NCBI GenBank assembly: GCA_024275415.1
Contig: JAJRZD010000014.1
Coordinates: 1-32,000, forward strand
From: an archaeon
GTDB lineage: Archaea > Asgardarchaeota > Thorarchaeia > Thorarchaeales > Thorarchaeaceae
Direction: 5' to 3'
Length of the DNA: 32,000 nt
Positions 1 to 8,331 of the stretch are shown here, piece by piece. Numbering within the stretch: the stretch's first letter is position 1; every line of letters begins with the position of its first letter. The notes under the pieces are model-generated. The model had not been told where the DNA came from, did no database searches, and saw only the letters and a program-made list of their open reading frames with translations. A program made the translations under genes and the position numbers.

Positions 1-186
1 ATGAGTACTACAATTCAATGCCAGACTGCCCTAGAGATATTGGCTATAGAAACCTGTGCAATCGCTGGCACATGGGAAAATGCTACGGTGATATTTCTCG
101 CTGGCGCAGATTCCTGTGCAGATTCAAACGGCGGATTGTTTCGAATGAGCGAGTCGATGCTTGAGCACGAAGGCATTTGTCATTAA
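1..186 (+). CDS. Hypothetical protein, probably 5'-truncated; frame uncertain
   Basis: Track ORF in frame 1, but frame 3 is also open from 3 to 164 (EYYNSMPDCPRDIGYRNLCNRWHMGKC...), so the true frame cannot be decided. Confidence 0.25.
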   Translation: MSTTIQCQTALEILAIETCAIAGTWENATVIFLAGADSCADSNGGLFRMSESMLEHEGICH

Positions 187-204
187 TTACGCGGAGGTGG
201 TACA

Positions 205-624
205 GTGAAAAAATATAGGAAGCAACTTATCAATATGCGTATTTTGTTTCTCGTAACTATCGCCTACGTCATATCTATCTATGTGATCTTTAGCGCAGAT
301 CCACTGATGTTTGTATTTTCAATGCTCTATTTGTCGATTACATTGTTTTTCATCTATGTCGAGTTCAATCAGAGATTGTCGTTCAGAATTCACAAATTGT
401 TGAACAGTCACAAAATGAAGTTCGATACTGCATTTTCGTCTGATTCGTCTGATATTTGCAATATTTGTGGATCAGAATATGTGGATTTCAATGAATGGCA
501 CCTCATTGAGCCACTGAACAAAATAGTACACTCTTTCCATGTGTGCATGACATGTGATGAATCAGGGATGTGGGAGGAATTCATTAACGAGAAACTAGGA
601 ATAGCGGAGGACCCGTCAAAATGA
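205..624 (+). CDS. Hypothetical membrane protein with C-terminal Zn-finger-like motifs
   Basis: Two hydrophobic segments (aa ~13-52), then CNICG...HVCMTC. Confidence 0.6.
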   Translation: MKKYRKQLINMRILFLVTIAYVISIYVIFSADPLMFVFSMLYLSITLFFIYVEFNQRLSFRIHKLLNSHKMKFDTAFSSDSSDICNICGSEYVDFNEWHLIEPLNKIVHSFHVCMTCDESGMWEEFINEKLGIAEDPSK

Positions 625-740
625 GTGCTGAGGTGGACTGGCAGGAGATATTCAAGAAACTGCTTGCTATAGCAAAGGAGGAACTAGAATCTGAACAAGG
701 ACGAGTTTCTGAGCGAGTTCAAGAAGAGGCTAAGGCTTGA
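621..740 (+). CDS. Small 39-aa helical protein (MSAEVDWQEIFKKLLAIAKEELESEQGRVSERVQEEAKA)
   Basis: ATG overlaps the upstream TGA (ATGA at 621-624); fills the gap before the integrase; below the ORF-track cutoff. Confidence 0.5.
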   Translation: MSAEVDWQEIFKKLLAIAKEELESEQGRVSERVQEEAKA

Positions 741-771
741 GGGGCTGAGCAAGAAGACTATCAGCGATTAT

Positions 772-1698
772 ATGTTTCATGCAAAAAGAATCTATCCGAT
801 AACACAGGAGCGAGTAGAGAATGAATTACTCGGTCAAGTTAACAATTCGTCATACAATCTTGTTCTATCAATAATCAAGAAACTTGAGAAGACCATGAAT
901 TTACAGTTAGATCTTTCAAAGTTCAGATATCGCAAGACTAGTTCTCGTGTAAAGCATTACGAAGAACTTCTTACACGCGAAGAGATCTATTTGATTATTC
1001 AGAACGCACGGACAACCGAGGCCTCTGCTGCGATAGCTGTACTCTGGGACGGAGCACTTAGGGCAAGTGAACTACTTTCAATTAAATCACAAAATATACG
1101 TCAGGATGAATATGGCTATGTCGTTGTTGTTGATGGCAAAACAGGCACACGTCCGGTTCGGCTCATTGAAAGCTCAGGTTTTCTAAGTGCATATCTTCGT
1201 CAACGTGGTGATGAGCCTGGTAGAATCTTCGCGCACACAAGTGCATGGTTGCGTGGGCACATCTATCGAGCGACTTCACGTGCTAGAATCAAGAAGCGTG
1301 TATATCCACATCTTCTTCGACATACAAGGCTTACCGAGTTATCACAGAAGCTTCCTCGTCAGGCATTCACAAGTTTCGCGGGATGGGTAAATGATACTGG
1401 AATGGATACAATCTATGTGCACCTTTCGCAAAGCGACATTGATGAAGCTGTTTTGAAAGCTTCTGGAATAATCAAGGAAAAGACGGATAATGTTGTTCGT
1501 CGCTGTCCTCGTTGCCATATTCTTACACCTAGTCAAAGTCACTGCTGTAATTGTGGTTCACTATTGAAAGTCGAGGCTGATGATTTTGAGAAACTTAAAC
1601 TTGAAACGCTTATGTCGCGCGTCTTACAGGATCCAGATGTACAACGAGTAGTAATCAGCAAGTTGAAAGACATATTAGAAAAACAAAAACGGCTCTAG
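772..1698 (+). CDS. Tyrosine recombinase/integrase with C-terminal Zn ribbon
   Basis: Catalytic set R (GALRASEL), K (GKTG), HxxR (HLLRH), W (AGW), Y (IYVHL); C-terminal CPRC...CCNCG. Confidence 0.92.
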   Translation: MFHAKRIYPITQERVENELLGQVNNSSYNLVLSIIKKLEKTMNLQLDLSKFRYRKTSSRVKHYEELLTREEIYLIIQNARTTEASAAIAVLWDGALRASELLSIKSQNIRQDEYGYVVVVDGKTGTRPVRLIESSGFLSAYLRQRGDEPGRIFAHTSAWLRGHIYRATSRARIKKRVYPHLLRHTRLTELSQKLPRQAFTSFAGWVNDTGMDTIYVHLSQSDIDEAVLKASGIIKEKTDNVVRRCPRCHILTPSQSHCCNCGSLLKVEADDFEKLKLETLMSRVLQDPDVQRVVISKLKDILEKQKRL

Positions 1699-1768
1699 TA
1701 AGGATATTAGATGGAATGACAACAAAATGAAATGAAAGAGAAGCCATTGCTTCCCTTTCTCATGGTTC

Positions 1769-2650
1769 CTAGAACCTGTTTGGTACAGGCTTCTCTCCAG
1801 AATAATCGTAGAACCCCATTCCAGACTTCCGCCCTACCCATCCTGCGCGAACCATCTTCCTCAGAAGGGCTGGTGCGCGATACTTGCTGTCTTTGAATTC
1901 CTCTACAAAATAGTCAGAGATATAGAGCAGAGTGTCAAGTCCTACAAAATCAGCGAGTGTTAGAGGGCCCATCGGCCAGTTTAATCCTAGATGGATTGCA
2001 GTGTCCATGTCTTCTACTGTCGCGACACCTTCCTGAATCGCAAATATCGCCTCGTTGATTGCAGGGACAAGGAGGCGATTTACAGCAAATCCTGGAGCCT
2101 CGTTCACCAATACCGTCTTCTTTCCTACCTTGTGTGAAACCCTCTCAATGACCTTGACGGTTTCGTCAGTTGTTGCTTGACCTTTAATGATTTCCACAAG
2201 ACCCATGACTGGCACAGGATTAAAGAAGTGCATCCCTATGAATTTCTCTGGCCTCTTCGTCACAGCAGCCATCTGAGTTATGCTGATGCTTGAGGTGTTC
2301 GATGCAAGTATTGCGTGTTCAGGAGCCGCTTCATCTACCGCCTTCCATGTGTCTAGCTTCAGCTTGACAATCTCTGGAATGGCCTCGATGACCAGATCCG
2401 CATCTTCTACTGCTTCTTTCAGGTCAAGGACACCCTTGATTCGTCCTAGAGACGCATCTATCTCCTCTTGGGTTATCCGCCCCTTCTTGAGTCCTCTCTC
2501 AAGATTCTTCTTGATGGTAGCGAGACCCTTGTCTATGAACTTCTGGTCGATATCACGCATCTTCACTTCATAGCCCGCCTGAGCACAGACCTGAGCAATT
2601 CCATTGCCCATCTGTCCAGCACCCAGAACTGCAATCTTTCGAATATCCAA
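1769..2650 (-). CDS. hbd: 3-hydroxyacyl-CoA / 3-hydroxybutyryl-CoA dehydrogenase
   Basis: GAGQMGNGIAQV Rossmann motif, HFFNP catalytic motif, GFAVNRL and PMGPLTLAD; TTG start at 2650 has GGAGG 8 nt upstream (alternative in-frame TTG at 2665). Confidence 0.93.
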   Translation of the reverse strand: MDIRKIAVLGAGQMGNGIAQVCAQAGYEVKMRDIDQKFIDKGLATIKKNLERGLKKGRITQEEIDASLGRIKGVLDLKEAVEDADLVIEAIPEIVKLKLDTWKAVDEAAPEHAILASNTSSISITQMAAVTKRPEKFIGMHFFNPVPVMGLVEIIKGQATTDETVKVIERVSHKVGKKTVLVNEAPGFAVNRLLVPAINEAIFAIQEGVATVEDMDTAIHLGLNWPMGPLTLADFVGLDTLLYISDYFVEEFKDSKYRAPALLRKMVRAGWVGRKSGMGFYDYSGEKPVPNRF

Positions 2651-2675
2651 TATGACTTCCTCCAATATGACTTCC
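2646..2675. repeat. Perfect 15-bp tandem duplication (tccaatatgacttcc x2)
   Basis: Read directly: 2646-2660 and 2661-2675. Confidence 0.95.
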
Positions 2676-2782
2676 AGTTGCGTTCGCCTCCTTTCTGGGT
2701 CCGTAATATGTCTGTCGCAAGAGGTTTTTCCCTATAGTAACAAATTGTGACCCATTTCTGTGACCCTCAGTTGTGGCTCTGC

Positions 2783-2790
2783 TATATATA
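2783..2790. promoter_or_regulatory. Candidate TATA box (tatatata) in the divergent hbd/MFS intergenic region
   Basis: AT tract about 22 nt upstream of the structured leader; symmetric, so it could serve either direction. Confidence 0.45.
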
Positions 2791-2808
2791 CCAAAAGCCG
2801 AAGGCTAG

Positions 2809-2920
2809 TATCGTGAAACATCATGGTCATCGCCACTGCTCCCATTGACCACATAGGTGGTCACTTTCTCCCATCAGCAGCATATACAGTGACCAGCCTG
2901 TTGTGTTTCATGAGGTGATA
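2809..2920 (+). ncRNA. Putative structured 5' leader / cis-regulatory RNA upstream of the MFS gene
   Basis: Four nested helices: 2811-2820/2904-2913, 2824-2830/2889-2895, 2836-2840/2876-2880, 2846-2852/2857-2863; both non-Watson-Crick pairs are G-U on the + strand. Confidence 0.45.
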
Positions 2921-2926
2921 GATATA

Positions 2927-3031
2927 ATGAAGAAAACAAAGACACACCCTGAACGAAGCGCCCCCCCACGAGGCCAAACACCTGACCTTCGCACGTTTGT
3001 TTACCGTTACCATTGGAGGTTGGACGAATGA
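2927..3031 (+). CDS. Putative 34-aa uORF/leader peptide (MKKTKTHPERSAPPRGQTPDLRTFVYRYHWRLDE)
   Basis: SD GAGGTGAT at 2912-2919, 7 nt before the ATG; its stop overlaps the MFS ATG (ATGA 3028-3031). Confidence 0.4.
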   Translation: MKKTKTHPERSAPPRGQTPDLRTFVYRYHWRLDE

Positions 3032-4482
3032 GTCGGCTCTCTGGATTTTTTGGTTTCCCGGATGCCAGTGGTGATATTCATCGGTTATCAGTCCTGCTGG
3101 CACTCCTTCTTCCAATCGTTGCCTTGACAATCACTCTTTCGAGCACGTTCTTCATAATATTCATTGCCGAGTGGCTTGGGAACGGCTCATACATCGAAGG
3201 GCTTGCTCTAGTTGGTGTCATGACAGTCCTGCAAATGGCAGTGCAGACCATCTTCGACTATCCGACAGCAGCGCTTGGGGACGCTCTGGGACACAAATGG
3301 ATCATCATGTCGTCCTTTCTCACATTCTCATTGGGCTTTTACATGGTGTCGCTAATTGGTCCTGGCACCTCTATAGTCTTCGTAGCAGTACTCTTTCTAC
3401 TGATGGGCTTTGGGAACTCTCAGCTAAGTGGGACGTTCATGGCATGGTTTGATAACAACTATCGAGTGGCCATGCCGGGCGACAGTGACCGCAAGCAATA
3501 TGGTGTATTCCTTGGTAAGGTAGGGATGCTCTTTCAAATAGTCGCCACGTTATCATTGATCCCTGGCAGCATCCTTGCTGTCATTTTTGGACGACCTTGG
3601 GTGTTCCAGATGCAGGCAATTCTGTGCATTATAATTGCTCTTGCCTGTTTCAAACTGATAGAGGATCTCCCTGAAGTCAAGGCAGCACGGACTAAGCGCC
3701 CATCCTTCAGCGAGTATACTGGCGTACTTTCTGACGGCATACGATTCCTGTTCAGCGACAAATATGTAACGTACCTCATTCTGGGAGGCTGTATCGTTAT
3801 GAGCACAGGAATGGTCTGGGGCAGCTTGATATTGTTCCCTATGTACTTCGCGTACCTCTTGACTGATGTGGCTGTTTCAAGCTTTAGGACGTTATTGTTT
3901 GGGATAGGTGTTGTAAATCAAGAGCGAAGTGGAGTCTGGTCCAAGCGGTTCGAGCCCAAGAAATGGATCCCTAGATTCAGATTCTTGCAGATGACAGGAG
4001 CGATGTTCTACATGGTTTTCGCGGTGGTCATGCTACTCTTTCCTCCTACATATACTGCTGTTGACATGCTCTCTCTCACTGTTCCATTCACCCAGCTTAT
4101 CATCATGCAGATCCCCTCCTCAAGTATAGTCCCTCTACTACTGATGCTGGTTACATTCACCATAAGCGGTTTCTTCGGAGGCTTCGCTGAGATTCTGACT
4201 CAGCGTGAACTGCTTGATGTCATTCCCAACAACATCAGAAACAGCATGTATTCTCTATCTCCAACCATTGCAACTCTGTTGGCAATGCCACAGATTGCAT
4301 TCTTCGGATGGCTCATCCCCGCAGGAGGGTTCCCCATCACACTTGCTCTTGCTGCCACGATATCCTTTGTGGGAGTGGTCTTGATTGCCAAAGGCCTGAG
4401 CCATCCGAAACCTATGGCTTCCGACCTTGTTCAGGTTCCTCAAGCTGAACCAAAGTCCATTAGTACAATACCGGAAGAGTAG
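3028..4482 (+). CDS. Major facilitator superfamily transporter
   Basis: About 12 hydrophobic helices; MFS motif A-like DYPTAALGDALGHK; GGAGG 8 nt before ATG 3028. Confidence 0.88.
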   Translation: MSRLSGFFGFPDASGDIHRLSVLLALLLPIVALTITLSSTFFIIFIAEWLGNGSYIEGLALVGVMTVLQMAVQTIFDYPTAALGDALGHKWIIMSSFLTFSLGFYMVSLIGPGTSIVFVAVLFLLMGFGNSQLSGTFMAWFDNNYRVAMPGDSDRKQYGVFLGKVGMLFQIVATLSLIPGSILAVIFGRPWVFQMQAILCIIIALACFKLIEDLPEVKAARTKRPSFSEYTGVLSDGIRFLFSDKYVTYLILGGCIVMSTGMVWGSLILFPMYFAYLLTDVAVSSFRTLLFGIGVVNQERSGVWSKRFEPKKWIPRFRFLQMTGAMFYMVFAVVMLLFPPTYTAVDMLSLTVPFTQLIIMQIPSSSIVPLLLMLVTFTISGFFGGFAEILTQRELLDVIPNNIRNSMYSLSPTIATLLAMPQIAFFGWLIPAGGFPITLALAATISFVGVVLIAKGLSHPKPMASDLVQVPQAEPKSISTIPEE

Positions 4483-4644
4483 AACCCCTTCCGGTCTATT
4501 TACTTTCCAATTATTATGTGGTAGTAACATTAATACTCTTACAAGCTATCTGAACTGATGTGAAACAATATGAATGGCCGTCCAACATTTCTAACGGTTT
4601 CCTATTCGAGTGGTGGTCTTGACACCCTTGGATACGAGAAGAAA

Positions 4645-5313
4645 ATGGTTCGCGAAAAGGATGTGAAGTTCGATGGTGAAGATGGCTCTCTGGAGCTGAC
4701 TGACATCCGCATTGTCTGGTATAAGAAACCATCCAAATGGGGTGGGCTTAAGAAGGTGGGTGCGGTTGCAGGAGCCCTTGCTGCAGCAGCAGCGGTCGAT
4801 GCGATTGGTGACTCTGTAGGCGGATATGCAGGTCGTGCAATTAGCAGGACTGGGAGAAACATGGGTTACCTTGCCGTGGGTGCAGCCATCTCAAGTTGGA
4901 CTATGGATTCCTATTATAATAGAGATAAGAACGGGAACACCGAGAGCCTGGCTGTTCCACTAGTTGCGATTGCTCAGGCTGCACAGAGCGGTGACCGATT
5001 GGTTCTCGAATTGAAATCCGGTGGCACCATGCAGTTCAAGTTCAAGCAGAAGAAAGTGATTCCGTCAATAATTGCAAACATCACATCTGCCCAAAATGAC
5101 GGCAAGTGTCCATATTGTGGGACTTCAGCAGGAAATGCGGTCAAATGTCCTAACTGTGGAGCTGCGCTTGAAGGCAGTGGAGGAGACCCATCATCAGGTA
5201 CCACAGAGTCCGTCACAATTACTATGGGTGAAGGAAACAAATTCTGTACCAATTGCGGAAATCCAGCACCCGGTGATGCACGTTTCTGCGGAAAGTGTGG
5301 GAACCCAATGTAG
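4645..5313 (+). CDS. Zinc-ribbon protein with putative PH/GRAM-like domain and Gly/Ala-rich hydrophobic insert
   Basis: CPYCG/CPNCG and CTNCG/CGKCG pairs at the C-terminus; beta-rich N-terminus interrupted by GAVAGALAAAAAV...GGYAG; start chosen at ATG 4645 (track 4570). Confidence 0.7.
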   Translation: MVREKDVKFDGEDGSLELTDIRIVWYKKPSKWGGLKKVGAVAGALAAAAAVDAIGDSVGGYAGRAISRTGRNMGYLAVGAAISSWTMDSYYNRDKNGNTESLAVPLVAIAQAAQSGDRLVLELKSGGTMQFKFKQKKVIPSIIANITSAQNDGKCPYCGTSAGNAVKCPNCGAALEGSGGDPSSGTTESVTITMGEGNKFCTNCGNPAPGDARFCGKCGNPM

Positions 5314-5327
5314 CATACCAGAACGAT

Positions 5328-5358
5328 TGGAATGAGAGGTGTTCTCACCTCTATTCCA
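5328..5358. terminator. Strong hairpin between convergent genes (possible bidirectional terminator)
   Basis: tggaat-g-agaggtg-ttct-cacctct-attcca: 13 bp with one bulge. Confidence 0.55.
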
Positions 5359-5360
5359 TT

Positions 5361-6113
5361 CTACAGAAACAAATTCTCTTTTCTGGCACGGTGAATGTCC
5401 GATGCCGTTTCTTTTCCTTTATCATAGCGATAGCCTCGGACTATGACGGCAGGGACTGCTTCATCTGCTTGCCCCATGACAAGCTCTGCTGCTGAAGCAA
5501 TTTGATCCACCTGACATACCAAAGAGCATTGCAATGTTCTTGAATAGAGGTCTCTTTTTCCTTTGTTATGTTTGAATGCATCTATCCCCGAACACCCAAT
5601 CGCGATGTTTATTGCGCCTTTCCTCCACGGTCGCCCTTCAGTGTCAGAAATGATGACGGCAATATCTTTGTTCAATATCTTCTGCAGTCCTGTTCGGATG
5701 GATTTCGCGCTATAATCTGAATTGGTAGGCAGTAGGACATATGAATCAGGAGGAGCATTGGAATGGTCGACCCCGCTGAAGTTACAGATGTGGCCATCTC
5801 GCAATTCGGTTATGAGTGCTCGTTCTTTTCTTAGTATACTCCTACTCTCTTGGAGGGCTATCTCGACCTGATATGTATCGAAATTGTTTCGTTTGGCGAT
5901 GGCACCTGCCCTTGAAGATACCGCTATTTCGGATTTGTGTACTATTCTTCCTTCAGACTTTGAAACGATAGTATGCGCTATCACAATGACATCACCATCC
6001 TTGACATCTATCCCAGACCCGGTGATGGCATCTGTGATGATTGTTGGCAAGTCATCGTTCTCTTGAATCAATGGAATACCTTTGATGGGAATAATTTCGA
6101 TGATATCCGTCAT
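5361..6113 (-). CDS. cofE: Coenzyme F420-0:L-glutamate ligase
   Basis: IVSKSEGR, NFSGVDHSN, VIISDTEGRPWRKGA, DQIASAAELVMGQADEAVPAVIVRG motifs; start likely ATG 6113 (track 6170). Confidence 0.92.
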   Translation of the reverse strand: MTDIIEIIPIKGIPLIQENDDLPTIITDAITGSGIDVKDGDVIVIAHTIVSKSEGRIVHKSEIAVSSRAGAIAKRNNFDTYQVEIALQESRSILRKERALITELRDGHICNFSGVDHSNAPPDSYVLLPTNSDYSAKSIRTGLQKILNKDIAVIISDTEGRPWRKGAINIAIGCSGIDAFKHNKGKRDLYSRTLQCSLVCQVDQIASAAELVMGQADEAVPAVIVRGYRYDKGKETASDIHRARKENLFL

Positions 6114-6354
6114 TGTGTCCAAAACCTGTATCGACAATCGCTCAATACCCAAAAAAAGGATGAGGTCCATAGAACTGGACTAGAATGCCATTCTGTGACC
6201 ATTTAAGGCATCTACAGGAAAACATTATAGGAGAAAACGTTGAGAAACACGAAGTCTTAGAAAGACGCATATATCAATTTCAAGTACTATGCGTTGTGTT
6301 TTGCGAGTTACTCCGCCAACGACACAGACAGCAATCTTGTGGTGTGATAATAAA

Positions 6355-8331
6355 ATGGGCAAGAAGGAATCTAGTGCTTACACAGATAGTGGAGGCGACA
6401 TTAGACAAGGCACCATTGCGAAATTCATGCGTAAAAGGACTCAGCTAGTTGGTTTTGAAACCGGTCTGAACAAGCATACACAGTATGCAATCGAGTTCTT
6501 GGACAATGCAATAGATGCGATTGAGAGTTGGTGGTGGAAGGCCGATAGTCATCCTCGACTTCAGGATAGTTTGGATCCAGCAATCATCGAAGAGGTCAAG
6601 GCAAAGCTCAAAGATGAACTGTACGATTCGATATCATTGAGCAAGCGTTTTGAGCGAGATGTGCGTGCCGGGAAAGAAATCAGTCTGCCCCCTCAAAAGA
6701 AGGAGTCCCTTGATGATAGGCTTACACAATTTCGGAAATTCCTTGTTCCATTCAGGTCTCTCATCAACAAAAGAGAGCCTCTGGTCGTGATCAAGCTGAC
6801 CGAGGTGTTCATGCCCGACCTCATCCCCATTGATGATGATGAGGGTTTCAAGGTGTACGAGTTCGTCTGTTTTGACAACGGTGTGGGTATGGTTCCCAGA
6901 GATTTAGAGAAATATGGGATATACCTTGCTTCTAGCAAGTCCGAGAAACTGAGGCAGACGCGAGGAAGTCAGGGATTTGGCGCTCCTTCCGCATTCAGCG
7001 ATGCGCAGAACACCACAGGAAAGCCCATCTTTACAGTATCGAAGCGTTTCACTGCGGACAAGGCAATCGCTGCTGATTTCTATACGACCACTGCGAACAC
7101 AAAAGATTACGTCAGCGGCCCCATCGAAATCGATCTGCCTTTCAAGCATGGGACCTACATCCGTTTGAATTACCTCAACATCCAATACCGAAGAGGGTAT
7201 GCTGATACCTACTGTGAAATGGCTTCACTTCTTAATCCCCATGTCACGATTGTCTTCATAGATCCTTATGGTGAGGTACATGTTCATCCAAGAAAAGTAA
7301 AGGAGTTCCCAAAGGAGCCAAAGTATGCCCAACCACATCCCGCAAGCATACGCATCGGAGAGTTTCAAGATCTCCTTCGTGAATCCGGGACTAGAGACCT
7401 CAAGAGCTTCCTGACCAAGGCATTTGTACGCCTCAGCGATAACAAGGCAAAGAAGATAATCGCCGCAGCAAACAAGGATCTCAGAAGACGGCACCTTGAT
7501 ACATTATCTCCTAGCACTCCGACTGACACTCTGGATAAGACTGAGGTCGAGCTACTTTACAAGGCGTTCTCCAATGAGGACTATATTGCTCCACCAACGG
7601 ACACGGTCGTACCAGTTGGAGAAGAGGTTCTTGAGGAAACTATCAGGAAGGCGTACAATCCTGACTTTGTAGCAGCAGTCACTAGGAAACCCACATCTGG
7701 AAAAGGACTATCATTCGCCGTAGAGGTGTGTATTGCCTATGGTGGCGAGATACGTAATGCAACTTCAGCTCCGATGGTACTCTGGAGATTCGTGAACCGA
7801 GTCCCTAAGCTGCGGGATAATAGCGACTGTGCCACATGGAAGGCAACGACCTTAGTTAACTGGAAAAACTACAAAGTCCCGACGTTTGACAATGGGATTC
7901 CTCGTGGCCCTATGATGATTCTCATTCATGTCGCCGGAGCATATGTCCATGTCATGTTCAAAGGACAAAGCAAGCAGGCGCTTGCAGAGGACGAGGTGTT
8001 GCTGAAGGAGATCAAGCTTGCATTGGAGGATGCAGGTCGGAAGTTCAGGAGATTTATCACCCGAAGAGAAACTGCACGACGAAAGGCAAAGCGTGCTGGA
8101 ATCCTTGCCATGTATGCAGACCAGTTTGCTCAAAGCCTAACGAATATCGTAAATGATGCATTAGGAAAACCAAAGTTCGATGCCGAACTCATCGCAAGTA
8201 AGCTTAGAGACTCCATTTCTGGTTTCGAAATGGAAAAGGATCAAGCTGAAACCGAAAGTGATACAGTAGGAACCGATCTGATTGCTGATATCCCGCTGGG
8301 GGATGGTTCTAAAAGCGAAACAGAGGTGTAG
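6355..8331 (+). CDS. top6B: DNA topoisomerase VI subunit B (with large insertion in the GHKL domain)
   Basis: EFLDNAIDA N-box, DNGVGM, TRGSQGFG, HGT, H2TH region, WRFVNRVP transducer; start likely ATG 6355. Confidence 0.95.
   Translation: MGKKESSAYTDSGGDIRQGTIAKFMRKRTQLVGFETGLNKHTQYAIEFLDNAIDAIESWWWKADSHPRLQDSLDPAIIEEVKAKLKDELYDSISLSKRFERDVRAGKEISLPPQKKESLDDRLTQFRKFLVPFRSLINKREPLVVIKLTEVFMPDLIPIDDDEGFKVYEFVCFDNGVGMVPRDLEKYGIYLASSKSEKLRQTRGSQGFGAPSAFSDAQNTTGKPIFTVSKRFTADKAIAADFYTTTANTKDYVSGPIEIDLPFKHGTYIRLNYLNIQYRRGYADTYCEMASLLNPHVTIVFIDPYGEVHVHPRKVKEFPKEPKYAQPHPASIRIGEFQDLLRESGTRDLKSFLTKAFVRLSDNKAKKIIAAANKDLRRRHLDTLSPSTPTDTLDKTEVELLYKAFSNEDYIAPPTDTVVPVGEEVLEETIRKAYNPDFVAAVTRKPTSGKGLSFAVEVCIAYGGEIRNATSAPMVLWRFVNRVPKLRDNSDCATWKATTLVNWKNYKVPTFDNGIPRGPMMILIHVAGAYVHVMFKGQSKQALAEDEVLLKEIKLALEDAGRKFRRFITRRETARRKAKRAGILAMYADQFAQSLTNIVNDALGKPKFDAELIASKLRDSISGFEMEKDQAETESDTVGTDLIADIPLGDGSKSETEV

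Larger units (their letters stand above)
1..1698 (+). mobile_element. Right-hand end of an integrated element (provirus/plasmid-like), continuing off the left edge
   Basis: Co-oriented small hypothetical ORFs ending in a tyrosine integrase; visibly more AT-rich than the rest of the window; no att site identified. Confidence 0.6.

Noticed and set aside
1699-1768. Possible tRNA or att site after the integrase
   Set aside because: No T-arm (GTTCGA-like) or acceptor-stem pattern; only a weak hairpin
2861-3130. 89-aa minus-strand ORF over the MFS leader
   Set aside because: Antisense to the MFS start and uORF; no recognisable motif
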